64,000 nt of DNA, from assembly GCF_037042905.1 (NCBI RefSeq), contig NC_087262.1, positions 11,346,001 to 11,410,000 on the forward strand, in the 5' to 3' direction. This DNA comes from Lytechinus pictus. Lineage: Eukaryota. The position numbers and the translations under genes are program-made. Positions 26,641 through 41,649 of the stretch are shown here, piece by piece. How positions within the stretch are numbered: the stretch's first letter is position 1; every line of letters starts with the position of its first letter. The notes under the pieces are model-generated. The model searched no databases. It was not told where the DNA came from and saw only the letters and a program-made list of their open reading frames with translations.

Positions 26641-29583
26641 AGTTTAGACGAAAATGCGTAATTGATGAGGAATAAGCAAAATGGCAATTGCATTCCGGCC
26701 AGATGTCATACGCTGACCTTCTAAGTGATCGTTTTCAGCTAAAATTTCATTATTTCACACACTTAGGTTTATGCTAATGTATCGGGTCTGCGATAATAGC
26801 GTGACATTTAACCTTGATTATATTATTTTATCATGAAATAATGGTTTGCTACAACTGCATTCATATCATTATTCTGGCTTTAATATAAAAATGTATTTGC
26901 AGTGTCCCACAGATTGATATATGTGGAAAGCAGGTCTTTTTTACTGTTCATTGCTCCAAAAGCCCATAGTTAGAAAAAGTCTGATGCTGAATAATGGAAA
27001 AACTTAACGTCATGAATCACTTCTCATATAGCTAAAATAAAACATTACATAGTAAGTAAAAGTCTGATGCTAAATGATAGCATTCCTGACGTCATGAATC
27101 ATACGGTTTCGTGACTTAAGTTTGCCTTTTGGCACCGTTCTATTCCTTCGCGTCCTTGCCCTTATATTAAAGAAATTACAAACTTCTCTTTTCAATTCAG
27201 ATTTTATTGTACAGTGTACTTCTTGTATTCTCGATGTGACATATACCTTTAAATCTTGGTCGAGCAGACAGCATGTTGCTTATAGGCTACTGTATGAAAC
27301 TGGCGGGCAACGGAGCTGACCGGCCGACGTAGCGTAGCGTAGCGGTAAATAATTGAGAACGCCCCATTTCGCGGCGACCGAATTAATAGGCCGTCCGTAT
27401 TTCGCGGGCTTTGAACTTTTGGTGGGCCTCGCCGCTTTGTTGCTACACACCATCTAGCCACTTTGTGTGCTGCTATTCCAAAATTAATGAGATGAAATTC
27501 CTAGCTAAAAGTGCATCAGTTAACCCAATTATAATGAAAGGGTAGGTTATGAGTTATGAATATGACGTTTAATGGGGCCGCCTTTTCCCCGTCTTCATTG
27601 TGTTCTTATTTGCAGGGTAGACCTTACGGATAGGTTAGTAGGACAAAGCTGTATGGCATGTTTACAAGCAGCATGTGTCTTTTGTATTTGTTTTTATTCT
27701 GAGCTAGAAAGTGGTGCAGCCTTCAAAGGGCACAATACATAAACGGAGACACTTTCTGGCTACAAAATGAAGATGAATTTCAAACTTATGCAAATACAAG
27801 TGTGAAAAATAAAGGTTTGTCACAGGTGCGGCGAAAACGGAAGGAGGGGGCTGGGTGGGCTTAAGTTTTCCACTTATTTTTACAAACTGTGTAAAAAAAG
27901 AAACCCGTCAAAATATCCATCTGATTGTGAGTTTTGCTTCGTCATCTCCTTCCCCCCCCCCCCACTTTCAAAACCATTCCGCGGCCTCTGTATTATGGTG
28001 AAAGAAATCGCTCTTGAAAAAATGTGTTGATTATTAATAATTTCTTCCTAATCTTATTATAATCATCTATCTCCTAATCATCATCACCTTCAAGCTCTTC
28101 CTCATCATCGTCACCACCGTCTTCCTCCTTCTCCTTCGCCTCATCCTCATCATCGTCATCCTCACCCTCTTTGCTATTATTCTCGGAAGCTTTTTTTCAT
28201 TAATACATCCCCGTACGAATTCAACTACGTGATAAAAGGATTTTCTTTTGATTCATACTTGTTGGCTCTTTAACTTTCAGATTCAACGAAACCATTGTTT
28301 CGCAGTGTATTATATACTGCCATTTGCAGCAATATCTAGTCGCACATTTGACTTTCCATATAGTTCCAAATTATTGTTATTGCACTGCTAGAACCCTTTT
28401 TAACGTTTCAACATTCGAAAGGTCAACATTTGAAAGGTCGGAGGAGAGACAAACTTTTCCCAATTATATATCCAACCTTTTACAAAGCTGAATCTAACTT
28501 TTTTAAGTTTGGGTCGAATCATTTAAAGCGGTAAATGCAGCATATAGAATAGGGTGTCCTCCTCCAGCCTTTCAAATGTTGATTTGACATTTCCTTTTTA
28601 GACTGAAATAAAGAAAGGTAAAGGTTTACGATTTCCAGACGACATTTGGTAGAGATGTCGTTTATTATCTTAAAGATAACATCCGGGCACTGCATGACAA
28701 ACACGCGCGTCATTCGCTGATACCCCTACTAAATTTCATTAGCTAATTGCATGGTGGCATTTCACATCTCTCCACTGCCATTACATGTACCCTCATCAAA
28801 CAGACCTCTCTCCTTCTGTGCCTCTCCCCTCTTCCCTCTCTTTCTCTATCTCTATCTTTCAAACGCACACACACACACCCATACACACTCTTTGTATACT
28901 ATTTACTCACCCACCCCAAATGTTGTTTGAAATTGGGATTTTTATACATATTACGCAAAATCTAGTTGATGTCCCCCCCCCCCCCTCCCCCTCCCACTCC
29001 CCCTCTCTCTCTCTCTCTCTCTCCCTCTCTTGTCCCGCATCTTCACTCCTAATTTTGAATTTGTCCCTTTCTCTCCCGCCAGTCCCCCTTTCCCGAATAT
29101 CGGACTTTTTTCCCATTTCCCGCTTATCGGTATTGTTTTCTTTACTGTCTTCTCTTTGGTGATCATTGCAAGTATTTATTTCGAGGGTTCAAGCAGCTTG
29201 CTCACCTCTAAAATTAAATGACAATTGCGCCACCTATAGGGACAAAATATATAATTTCGAGGAAGATCCGTGTAGACTTGCAAGACGATTCCAAACTTTT
29301 GACAGTGTTCCGGTCTTCACAGTTCACATCAATTGGCACAGCATTCGATAATGGGAACTTTTAATCATAGTCATATGCCCTTCTTTCCGGAACATAGTTA
29401 CAAGTACATTTTAATTCAGTAATAAAGTGTTGTGCCCAATTTGAGCACAGGTGGTCTTTAATGGGTTGGTACGGTATCTCATGTAATATCATTAACTGAA
29501 ATGTCAACAAACTGTTACATTTTATAACCAATTTTGTTCTAATTAACGATGTGTTATGTGTACATGTCGATGTTAAGTAAAAG

Positions 29584-30065
29584 GGTTACACTTCGTAATT
29601 CCGAAGGTTCTTTATTCCGTAGGTTCGTAATTCCGAAACACGTAAATTGCCTATACCTCGATGTTCGTTAATCCGAAAACGCAAAAGGGTTCGTTAATCC
29701 GAACATTTGTGGCGTTATTCCGAAGGTTCGATAATCCGAAAACGAAATAAGGTTCGATGTTCCGAAGGTTCGTTAATCCGAAAACGAAATAAGATTCGTT
29801 GTTCCGAAGGTTCGTTAGTCCGAAAACGAAATAAGGCTCGTTAATCATTAGTTTTCGGACTAACGAACCTTCGGAATTACGAACCTCATTTCGTTTTCGG
29901 ATTAACGAACCTTCGGAATTACGAACCTCACTTCGATTTCGGACTAACGAACCTTCGGAATTACGAACCTCATTTCGTTTTCGGACTAACGAACCTTCGG
30001 AATTACGAACCTTCGGAAATACGAACCTTCGGAATAACGAAGCTTCGGAATTACGAACGTATGCG
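29584..30065. mobile_element. Foldback element built from inverted arrays of a short repeat (TTCGTAATTCCGAAGG), Mutator-like
   Basis: The repeat array flips orientation at ~29850; 9-10-bp direct repeat aagtaaaag(g) at 29575 and 30066. Confidence 0.85.
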
Positions 30066-31020
30066 AAGTAAAAGGCATGCCAGTTTTGAGCTCATAACGT
30101 AAGGATAATGAATAGGTATATGCCCATGAAAGTGTTGATCGAATATAATGCAATCATAGTATATGATAACGTAACGTGACTAGTAATTGAAAGTAACATT
30201 CGTTTTTATTTTTCCTTAATCAACACAATAATAACAATTATCACAGTCATCATCACTGTTATAACGAAGATAATGACTATTTCCTGCTTCTACGTAGAGC
30301 TTAATACAATGAAATTACGTCTTTGGAATGCTTTATAGATTTAGTATAACTTAGGTTATCATATTCGAATCTGGCCTGAACCTACCGCACCAGATGTATG
30401 TACTTTTTCCACTCCCTGTGGAGAATTTCAACATGTATAGATTCTAAACAAAACTCAGCTGATATTGGCTTTCGTATCATATACAATATCTCCATTTAGC
30501 ACTTGAATGGAGAGTGGCAAAGTGCGGATTGACACTGCAACAATTTTATCATATGCATGGGCCTTTATTTTTCCCATCAATTTAGCAACAAAGTGGTAAT
30601 TTTCGACTATTTTATGCTTGACATGCCTTGGTTGTTTAAGTTCCAAATAAACCTTCAGTGAAACTCGGTGAATTTAAACGCTACTGGTGGTGCCTATTTC
30701 GTTCGACTCTCGCTCTACCAAACTTGGCCGATGCAAAATCAATATTTTCTGATTATTGCTAATATGAAGACGTTCCGTTGTTCCGACTTAACAAGATTAC
30801 TTAAATGGTTCTTTGGAGATCCAACAAGTGCTATTTATTAAGGGTGTGTCAATCTTAATCCTCCTAAAGTGCGTGCACAAATAATGCATTACTTCAGTCC
30901 TATATAAATTGACATACATGCATGGAATTAATAAAACGACAACGCGCGATGCAAATCGATAATTGGTTTTATTAGCTTCAAAAGGAGGTAAACGCGTTGC
31001 ATTGCCAGATCGTCCAGCTT

Positions 31021-31440
31021 CAATGGCGTAGTAGGTTAACTATTTGTAGGGGGTACAATGGCGTAAGGCGAAATACTTGACCTTTTTAAAAAAGAATGAC
31101 AGTCTATTTATGTGGTAGATTTCGACATAAGAATTTGAAAATGGTGGTAGATTTCGACATAAGAATTTGAAAATGGTATCATCGTTTTATTTGTTGGTAG
31201 CGTAAAATTTAGGGCCAGGGGCAGCACGTGGATAATTCGATAAAATGCGAGGTCATATTCTTTCATCAGTTGAATCATGGGGGTATTATTTCCTCCTTTC
31301 TTTCATTTTCTCCCTCTGCTCAATACTTTCTTCTTCATTGTATCAATAATTGAGCAATTATAGGGGCAGTCGACTTCTGCCCTTTTGTGGCGCCGCCCTT
31401 GTTTGGGGGCTCAGTTCCCCTCCCCCGCTATAAGGCAGTG
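31021..31440. mobile_element. Decayed hAT-like MITE with a probable nested MITE (31216-31401)
   Basis: CAATGGCGTAG..AAGGCAGTG with flanks tccagctt/accagctc; inner CAGGGGCAGC..GCCGCCCTTG with flanks tttagggc/tttggggg. Confidence 0.45.
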
Positions 31441-32429
31441 ACCAGCTCCCGTTTGGCATCAATATTAGTCAACTGGTAGTAAGAATAAGACTTGCAAGAA
31501 CACGTGGTCATTCATTGAGTATATCAATTAACCTTACTCGTCGACATTTAAATAAGGACATCACCATAATCCCTTGCACTTCCGCCATTAGTCACTCTAT
31601 GACGATGAACGCTTTTCCAAGTTACTAATTACTGATTCATTTATCTTGGCGTTTTCTTCCCTAATTTCGCCTCCACGGTCCGATGACATCACTTCATGTA
31701 GACAATAAACAGTAGCAAATTGCGCTCTACATGTTTATAATTACGGAATGTTCTGGACAAACATACATATTCATTATTCCCCCTAACTATAATTGTAAAG
31801 AAATTATTCGTTGTTGTCGTTGTTGTTGTTGTAATTTGAATTCTTCTTCATTATTCAGATTTGTATGGCCCTCCTTCGATATGCTATTTGTCCAAGAGGA
31901 AGTCGCCGAATAGATGGAGTTAAACAAAGTTTACGATTATTGTACCTTGGTATTTTCGTTCAATTCAACGTCTGTGTATTTATAAAGTGGTTTTTTATAC
32001 CACTGCACTCAAAAGGAAATAATGAGTGACCCATATTAGACATTTAATCATGATCTCTTATGTTACATTATCAGCTTTTAAATAGCATCTTAAACACAAT
32101 GTTTGTGTCAAATGAGATTTAACTCTATCTGATAATGAATTAATTTGGTTTAAATGAATAGTATTTATATTTTCAAAAGTGAGGACGCCTTATTTAATTT
32201 CATTCCGATTATACTCTAGAATATGATTCCGCGGACAAAGTTTGAGTTCAAACAATTCGAACCTCCCCCCTCTTATGCTTTCAATTAAAAATACATTGAT
32301 CAATTACACTCTTATTATAGTACTCAAGTTTTGGAGAGCAATTATTGTTTTAAAATTCCCTGTTAACGCTCGAGAAAAAAAAATCATATTCTCTAGCAAG
32401 ATAAAAATTTTTAATGAAAATCAACAATT

Positions 32430-32516
32430 GGCGAGGTAGCTCAGTCCGTAAAGCGGGGGTTTCAGATGCCGGTGACCCGGGTTCGATTCCCACTTGGTGT
32501 GCTAATGCCCTTTGGC
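32430..32516 (+). mobile_element. tRNA-derived SINE head
   Basis: TAGCTCAGTCCGTA A-box-like, GGTTCGATTCCC B-box; same family as 60586-60670. Confidence 0.75.
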
Positions 32517-35500
32517 TTTAAAGCATGCATGCTTTCATACCAATCAGGTATTACAACCACTACTATTTACCAATTGTTGTCTTTGCCTTGAATTTCCAAC
32601 AACAAAAAATACAAACAAAATTGTCAGAATAATTGCTGACATCAACGTTAAGGTTGAAAACCTTAATCAAGAATTTTCCGCAGAAGGAACAGTGGGTTAT
32701 GCTTTGATAACTAACCCAAAGTTGAATTCCAGACGAAACAGACATTTCTGTCAACACTTCCATTGCTATGTTCCATCTCACCTCTTCAATTCAATATGGA
32801 TGACAAAGATAGTCGTGATAATGTGCCAAATGATTCAGTAAAAATGACTGTACACACAATACTCCTATCCTATTCGCATTTCAAAACCAGTTTTTATAAC
32901 TTTTCACTTTTCACTTTTGGTTCAGAGGTGAAGCCATGATTTCTGTAGACGACTGACAACTGGCGTTTAAAAACTTGCATTCGTTAAATGAAATGACAAT
33001 AGGTATACGTAAAAATGTAGTCTACGCTTTACCTAGAGAGAAGTTATTAATTATAAACAAGATTTGCACCCTCTGTTAGTTATTAAGCTTAAAAATATCA
33101 GTTGTCAAATGCATTACACAGAAGAATTAACACAATCATCTTTTCTGTCAAAAGGCGGCTTATTCCACTTACATCATCCTCCCTTTCCCATCTAACTGGA
33201 GTCAAACCGAATTATATTCATTCTCTTCTCATTCAATTTTCTTTCTCATCATCATCCTCCTCTTCTATCTCATCCGATCATTACGTCACCATAGTAACCA
33301 GTATGACGTCATTCAACCAGTATCATTCAATTTGTTGGTCCAATCAACGTCGCCGAGAGTAGTGTTAGCTCAGCCAGTGGAGTGTTAAATTGATAACACT
33401 TTTTTTAATCGTAACAGAGAAGTTGGAGCATGTTTCTTTTTTTATTTTCGTATGGATAACAGCGAAATTGCGCTCTTGACTCCATTGGTTCTTGAGAACA
33501 AATAATTATCATCGACTCTTTTTATATTTTCAAACGAATACTGTCAATTTTTTTCAAGTGAATGTGGGATAAAGATTTACCAATTTCAGCGGTGGCAACA
33601 CGAAAAGAAATTAAGGTACGTAAGCTTATTTTAACCACCAACTCCGTAAAACATGAAGGTGACTAAAACAGACGCCATCCTCTAACAGTTTTCAGAAAGG
33701 TGAAGAATTTCCGAGCGATACACGAGCCGCTGTGCTGGTGGTTGTGGCGGTGGTGATTATGATCGTAAAGCTGAATTGGCGCCGGTGATTATGATCAAAG
33801 GCGCTGCGGTATCGGTGGTTCAAATACTGTTGGCGGCGTTACTTATGATGGTGTTATTGAAGGTGCTAGCAATTATTTTGAATACGAATTTCGGCAAATC
33901 CATTAGCAATAACATGAGATAAGTAGAGCATCTTAGAAAACAGTAGGCCTGTAAACTGTAATAGTGGTAGTGACAATAATTGAGTGATGACGACACTGTA
34001 GAAGACAATATATAAATCAAAGAGAGTTATGAATTAAAGATATGTACTCACGCACTGGTTGTAAAGGGGGGTTGTAACGATGCAAAAATCTGAAATGATA
34101 ATACTTGTGTTGGTGGTGCTAATAGTGGATTAGTGGTGATGATACTCGATGGGGGTATAGAGTGTTGATGTTGGTGTTGGTGCATGTATGTTAACAAGGT
34201 TAATACTCTGGATACTCTGTGTCTTCGCACTGGTGTATCGGGGGTATAGTGTTGGTGTTAGTGCAGGTGTTGTGTATGTATTTTAAACGGTGTATGGTGC
34301 TCTCATGTCTCCACACTAGTGTAGTTAATCGTTGCTGTGATAGTTACATGAAAAAACAGTGATATCTTTTATGGCTAATCTTGATAAAAATTGACTTAAA
34401 AAGGTTGATATATGTGACGTAAAATGTATACTTCGTATTTTCTTAGCTTGATATATATAAGACGGGAGGTCGAACCATCGGATGTTTTCGGTTCTTCTTC
34501 GGGAATTTTCGTATCTCTTCCAGTACCAACACTAAATGGCAAATTCTCATGAACTAAACAGACTTCGAAAATGAGTGTCATACACATGCATGTATATTAG
34601 TGCCATAATTGACTTATGTCTTAGATGGACAATATTATGATTAATAGACGATATGCACTTTTCCATTAAATGAAGTGTCAATGTAGTGATAGTTACAATG
34701 GATGATGGGATGGATAGGGTATGGCTCCACACATGTACAATAACCGTAGTATGTGATCAATTATATTGTATACACCCTTGCAATACATCGCTTGAGCTGA
34801 TGTAATTCAGTACAATAAAAAATGAATATGCAAGACAAAATCAGCAGCAAGTTAATATCATATTACATTAAACAAACATAATGCGCAAACTGGTAATGAC
34901 TATGTGCTGAATATACACAAAACCGATATGTCTATAATTGGTATTCCAAGGCCTTTGAATTCATTTATAGCGCGTCGTTCGTATGAGTATTTTAATTATT
35001 ATATAAAATGTGCTAAGTCGTAACTTACGATAAAAACTATTATGTTCAGACACATTTTATATAGGTCTCATAACCGTGAAGTCCTTGAAAATTCGATATG
35101 TCTTATATGGGGAGAAGGAGATATTAGATATGTATGCTTTTAGATTAACTCGTTGTCAGCTGAATTAAAATTCACTATTGGCAGAAGAATTAGACCACAT
35201 GTAATTGGATTGACTCCAGCACGAGATCACAGAGTGTCCCAAGAAAAGGATCAATGATTAAATTCGATCCATTTATGAACTTTTCTTTGTACTTAGGTGA
35301 AATGTAACAAAGGAATGTGTATAAATACGATGCTTTCTGCTTTAATATGTTTAGTATTATTTTATTACAAAAATAAATTTTTCTTATTTAGTTTGTTGTG
35401 TAATGTAATTGTTAATTTATGTTTGTTTTAGTCGTCATTCATCATTTATTTGTATTTTATTGTGTATGATTTTTGTCATGTTTTTTATTAAAGAATTATT

Positions 35501-36887
35501 CACCAAAACATGTAGAATACAAACACACAAAACCTCATACACAAGGGGAGAAGAGGATGAGCGATTTCAGAAATGATTATATCATTACCCCATGAATCAG
35601 TTTGGTCAAATTTAAGCTGGTACCAATTTCTCTCATGAATGCCCAGGGACATTAATCACACACACACACACCCAACAAAACATTTATTGTGGAATTCGAA
35701 GAGATTATGTTTAGAAAAGTTTATCACTGGGTATCCGAAGACATCGTGTCAGTAGGAATCTCGTATACACCGATAATAATTATGAAATTTTACTATACAA
35801 CCGAGGACATCTTTAACGACGTTGTAAATCGAGGACTTATTGATTGCCCCACTTCACGCAATAACTTCCCGGGTACCGATGTGCACTGTACGTCATCTGT
35901 ACATTTGTAAAGTTATGTGTGTGTCCTCAGTTTCCAGCATAGGAAAGTGCATGCTCAATTTCTGCCCTCACAAACGCACACACACGCAACAATTCGCTAA
36001 ACATCACTCATACACACAACCAGACCTAAACCGCATTCTCCCGCTTTCATTAAAGTGCACACCTGTGCATCTTCAAAATACCAAAAGTCATTCTCAAAAT
36101 TTATCTCCAACGTAGAGCATATAAAGATCGGAAGATGGAAACCCTATTAGATCATCAGCTCTCTTTCTTCCTATTTTATTCCTATTCTCCGTACTTGCCT
36201 CTGATCCTTGAACCAATCTAGCAATTTAAAACGTTTTCTTAACACACCTCCTATCCTTCAAAGTTATTCATCCTTCAAACCATAAAGCAATTCATATTAT
36301 TCATATCAGATGATCAACGAACTGTTTTATAGAGTATCCTTCGAAGAGGAAGAACCAAGTCAGCATTCATAAAGCAACGTACAGTGATGGGGATAGTTGT
36401 CAAATTGAATTAGGCTCGTTATTTATTCTTTTGATTTCATGAACAGAGTAAAAACGTCGTCAGAATAGGTTGGTAGAAGTCATACCTTGTATTTCACTTG
36501 TAATTCAGAGAGAAATGCGAATTCTTTTGGGTTATTTTTAGCTTCAAAATGAATGAAAAACTGTATACATCTATCTGGTATAAAGGGGAATAGCGTACAA
36601 CTACAAGGTTCTATGCAATAGAATAAAGATTCAATTATGTTGATTGTTAGATAGGGATAACTCCACCATAACTTTGATACCACTTTTCAAGCTCCGTCTA
36701 TAGTGATTTATTCAATAGGCATGTCTCGTAGTAAAAACTGAATCAAACATCCCTTACAGGTTATCGATTGCAACATACGAAGTGAAAATACCAATATAAT
36801 TTAAATTATTCACATACATGTAGAATTTGCACAGTAAATTAAAAAAATGTAATTTCCTTTTTAAACAGTTTACAATATAGATCCTTT

Positions 36888-37183
36888 GGCCCGTATTCTG
36901 AAGTCGAATTTAACTTAGACCATGGTCTAACTCTGTGCTAATGTTATGGAAAGCCAAACGTTTCAAAATTTTATTTACAGTGAATACTTTTCATTTTTAC
37001 TCTGCTCTTCACTAATTCTTAAATGTGAAGACAGCTGTCATACTTATCCTTCCCAGGCAGTTACTAATGTTTTGGGAGTCAACTGAGCTGATACATTGAA
37101 CCTCTACTGTTATGGATTTACGTAACAACTGGCTTAAACTTAAAACCAGAGTTTAATTTAAACCCGACTTCAGAATACGGGCC
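36888..37183. mobile_element. PIF/Harbinger-like MITE
   Basis: Perfect 19-bp TIR GGCCCGTATTCTGAAGTCG; 3-bp TTT on both flanks. Confidence 0.85.
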
Positions 37184-38386
37184 TTTAAGATATATTCAGT
37201 TTGGCTTTGAAAAGTGACTAACTGAAAATTAATTCATTTTAGTCCTATGGATTAAATTCTAAATCTATAGAAAAAAAATGAATGAAAATCTGTTAGCTTT
37301 TAATTTAAATACACAAGGGTTGAGTCTATATCCTTGAAAATTAGAGTGAGAGTACAAGAGAGAGAGAGCGAGAGAGAGAGAGAGAGAGAGCGCGCCAAGA
37401 ACATGGGATGTCAGCATAATACACAACCATTTAAATATCAACATTGGAACGAAAGGGTAACTTACAGTTAGTTGGATAGGATGGGTCATTTTCCTAATGT
37501 GATTAATAAAATTGCAGAAATAGAAGAAAAAAGAAAAAATATATAAAAAATAACAAAAAAATGCTCTTAACACTATCAACTCATGTACAGTTGTGCTAAA
37601 CACAAAAATACACCCCTTCATGCCGAGTGTTGAAAGTAGATAACAAGAAAACAATGTTCGGCAAGCCCAGAAAAACAAACTTTATTGAATGTAATATTTC
37701 ATCACCTGACTTCACAATTAAGTATCTATACCATGGCAGAACTTGAACACTTTAAATATGTTCATTTTCTGGTGGGGTTCACTAACTTTTAAGCACCACT
37801 GTATATAGTACCTCTATTTCCTTACTCTAGTGACATTAAAGTTATTTTGCCCTCCCCTTGAAATATCACAATACCGTTACGACGCACGTCATTGTAACAT
37901 TGTGAAATTAGGGTAATATACAGACATAGGTCAGTAAAGGATGGGTACTATGTGTTTGGAGTATCACCCTGTTTAGTCATACTATGAGATCGCCCCTTCA
38001 CCAAATTGAATATATATATATATATCTACATACTTTCCAAAAAAAAATTGGAGCTATTGGATAATCCTAATTAAACATTACCGATGTAAAACATTTTCTT
38101 TTAAGATATACCTATATTTAGTAAATTAATCCAAATATATGCATGGTAATTGTAAATCCATTATGTCTTTTACATCTTCAGATACCTGAAGAAGGCCCAA
38201 CTAAATGGTCGAAAGCTTGTACTAATAAAAGTTGAAGAAATCCAGGCTACGTCTCTAGCTTCAATGCTTTTTGAGCTTCTTCGCCAATATATTACTCACT
38301 GAAGCACCCACGCAATGTTTAGGTCCTTGCTCATCACAATTATATATATACATGTATATATATATATATAAACCCCTCAAAATATG

Positions 38387-38775
38387 TTTGGAAATCTGTG
38401 TTTGGCCATTAATTTCTCCCAACTCCCAATTTTACACAATGCATATTTTACATCATTCAAAAGATCATTTATTTTCTTTAAAATGATACAATGCTTGTTA
38501 TGATCATGCCATCACGAAAAGAGCAGGATCTAAAAGTGTTGGATGAGGTCTGAATTGAAAAGCTGCAAAACAAGCAAACGGGGTTTGGAAATCTGAGTTT
38601 GACCATTAACTTCTCCCAACTCCCAATTTTACACAATGCATATTTGATATCGTTCAAAAGATCATTTATTTTCTTTAAAATGATACCATGCTTGTTATGA
38701 TTATGCCATCGCGAAAAGAGCAAGATTTAAAAAATGTTGGATGAGGTCTGAATTGAAAAGCTGCAAAACGAGCAG
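38387..38775. repeat. Tandem duplication, 2 x ~197 bp
   Basis: tttggaaatctg..ctcccaactcccaattttacacaatgcatattt..gaaaagctgcaaaac at 38387 and 38584. Confidence 0.9.
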
Positions 38776-39007
38776 AAAGAGTCATGAAGGGTCAATACAG
38801 AACATTATTTTTGTCTGTGTAAATAGAGATCCATTCAAATCAAGCCCCTACTTCTGTTATGATGGTCATGTGAGATAACATGGTTTGAGTTGTGGTTTAA
38901 AATACCCATGCATGTTTATTTGTTTGTTATGTGTATGCTTGTGCAGAGGTATTTTTGATTCCATGTTAATGTTGATGTTAAGGTGCCTGAAAACAATTAA
39001 TGAAACC

Positions 39008-39942
39008 GCTGAGAAACTCACTCATCACCACTGAAAAAAGAACAGTGACTTTCAATATTGTGTTATTTTGCAACTTTTGAATTTTGACCTTGCCCTACAT
39101 TTCAAAGCACTGCACCTCCATGTGAACGATAATTATATCATGTAGGGTATCATTTCAATGAAAATTAAATTATCTATTCATTGATATTAATTACATATTG
39201 ATATTCACTAAAAACCGATGAGGAATTATCGATCAAGGTAAAGAAAAAATGCTGAGAAGCACACTGATCACCACGGAAAAAAGAACATTGACTTTCAATA
39301 TTGTGCCATTTTGCAACTTTTGAATTTTGACCTTGCCCCACATTTCAAAGCACTGCACTTCCATGTAAACGATAATCATATCATGTAGGTATCATTTTAA
39401 TGAAAATTAAATGATCTATTCATTGATATTAATTACATATTGATATTCACTAAAAACCGATGAGGAATTATCGATCAAATTAAAGAAAAAATGCTGAGAA
39501 GCACACTGATCACCACGGAAAAAAGAACATTGACTTTCAATATTGTGCCATTTTGCAACTTTTTAATTTTGACCTTGCCCCACATTTCAAGGCACTGCAC
39601 CCCCATGTGAACGATAATCATATCATGTAGGGTATCATTTTAATGAAAATTAAATGATCTATTCATTGATATTAATTACATATTGATATTCACTAAAAAC
39701 CGATGAGGAATTATCGATCAGAGTATAAAAAAAACGCTGAAAAGCTCACTCATCACCACTGAAAAAAGAACAATGACTTTCAATATTGTGTCACCTCGCC
39801 CCACATTTCAAGGCACCGCACCTCCATGTGAACCATATCATATCATGTAGGGTATTATTTTAAAGAAAACTAAATGCTCTATTCATTGCTATTAATTACA
39901 CATTGATATTTACTAAAACCGAGGAGGGATTATCGATCAAAG
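39008..39942. repeat. Tandem repeat, 4 x ~243 bp
   Basis: Units start at ~39008, 39251, 39493 and 39736; the last copy has an internal deletion. Confidence 0.93.
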
Positions 39943-40097
39943 TCAGATTTCCAAAATTTTATATATATATATATATAATCCACATATGGATAGTGCAAAA
40001 CACCATGTTAAGAGTGCTCGACTATATAGGTACCTGAAGAATGGGAGAAGCGTTCTTGCTGTTCCTATGAAACAGATATGTAGTGCATGAAGTTACA

Positions 40098-40283
40098 NNN
40101 NNNNNNNNNNNNNNNNNNNNNNNNNNNNNNNNNNNNNNNNNNNNNNNNNNNNNNNNNNNNNNNNNNNNNNNNNNNNNNNNNNNNNNNNNNNNNNNNNNNN
40201 NNNNNNNNNNNNNNNNNNNNNNNNNNNNNNNNNNNNNNNNNNNNNNNNNNNNNNNNNNNNNNNNNNNNNNNNNNNNNNNNNNN
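40098..40283. other. Assembly gap (N)
   Basis: N run. Confidence 0.99.
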
Positions 40284-40358
40284 TTTCATTTTTGAGAGCT
40301 ATGCTCCTTTTAAAATCTACGATTTTATTTTTACGGCATTTACTAAACCTTTTGTGAT

Positions 40359-40389
<31 letters not shown>

Positions 40390-41649
40390 AATATATATAT
40401 ATAAATATATTGACTGGTGTAATTCCAAATGTACGAAAGGGAATAATTCAGAAGTATAGTAACATATATCCACAAATTAGTTGTAATTCATCCCAATGAC
40501 AAAGTAATCATTGCTTTGCTCTACGCTCAAGGTTTTACTAAAAGATTGAAGGGCGTTGCATATCTGATAGCTCTGATAGAAAATGACAACTTTCGCGCTT
40601 GTTTTTTACAAATCGAATTGAAATGATTATTTCTTGTTTTCTTCTTAAGGACGTCATCTATCTATTTGTAGAGTGAAGAATAGGTTTGCATTTTTTAATA
40701 TTATTCATTGATTCAACTATTTATTTTTAGTTAATTTTCTCGTCCCTCTTGTAAACTGACATTACCTTGCGTGTTTAAAACGATGGTGCAATAAGTTAAT
40801 AATGACCATTGTAGCCATATGAAACAAAGGAAGGTATAAAAGCTTCTAAAACATATTTTCTTTGAGAGAACTTACATTAGGTGTGCGCCGACATTTAATT
40901 TAGAAAGCCTACACTTTTAAAGCAAAAATAAATGATGAGAAACTGTACTTTCTTAAAAGATTCAGAAAAAGGGTTAAGTGGGGTTTTAAACTCTTTTTGA
41001 GAAAAATATTGTTCTGTAAAGTGATTTCCAGTCCTTATAAATACAAATAACTCTTTTCATTACTATTTTCATGGAGTTTGTATTAAGCCGGGAAAAAAAT
41101 AGTCTAAATTTCGTTGATTCCCCCTTAATGTTAATATGTGGTGCTGTCGTAGAAGCGTAGTAATAAGAGCCGGTAAAACTAAAACTATGGCGTCTAAATA
41201 GAGAAGTAGGTATTATGTAAGATATGCTATTTGAATAAGCTGTTAGGGTTCGAATATATGTTTCAATATGTTTTAGTATCTGCATGTGTACATATAATAC
41301 ACTATATTCCCATCGATAATAACAGAAGGCCTTGTCTAGCATGCGTAAGTCTGAATCAATTTATCAATACTTTGTATGCGAGGACACAGGGACCCAGTAA
41401 TTAGCAATCGTGGCTTGTATTTCCTATTCGCGTGACACAACTCTAATTAAGACAATCTATTCTCTGCAAACCATAAATCATGATGTCCGTCATGAGTTTT
41501 GTATGGCATATTACCGACTGCACATCAGAAATGTTGAATATTCTATAAAGGTATCTGATATGCAAGACAACTGTTTATTCTTTTTTTGTCTAAACAAATT
41601 GTGGTCTAATCATCACGATGAATGGAAATGAATATATTTTTTTTGTACA

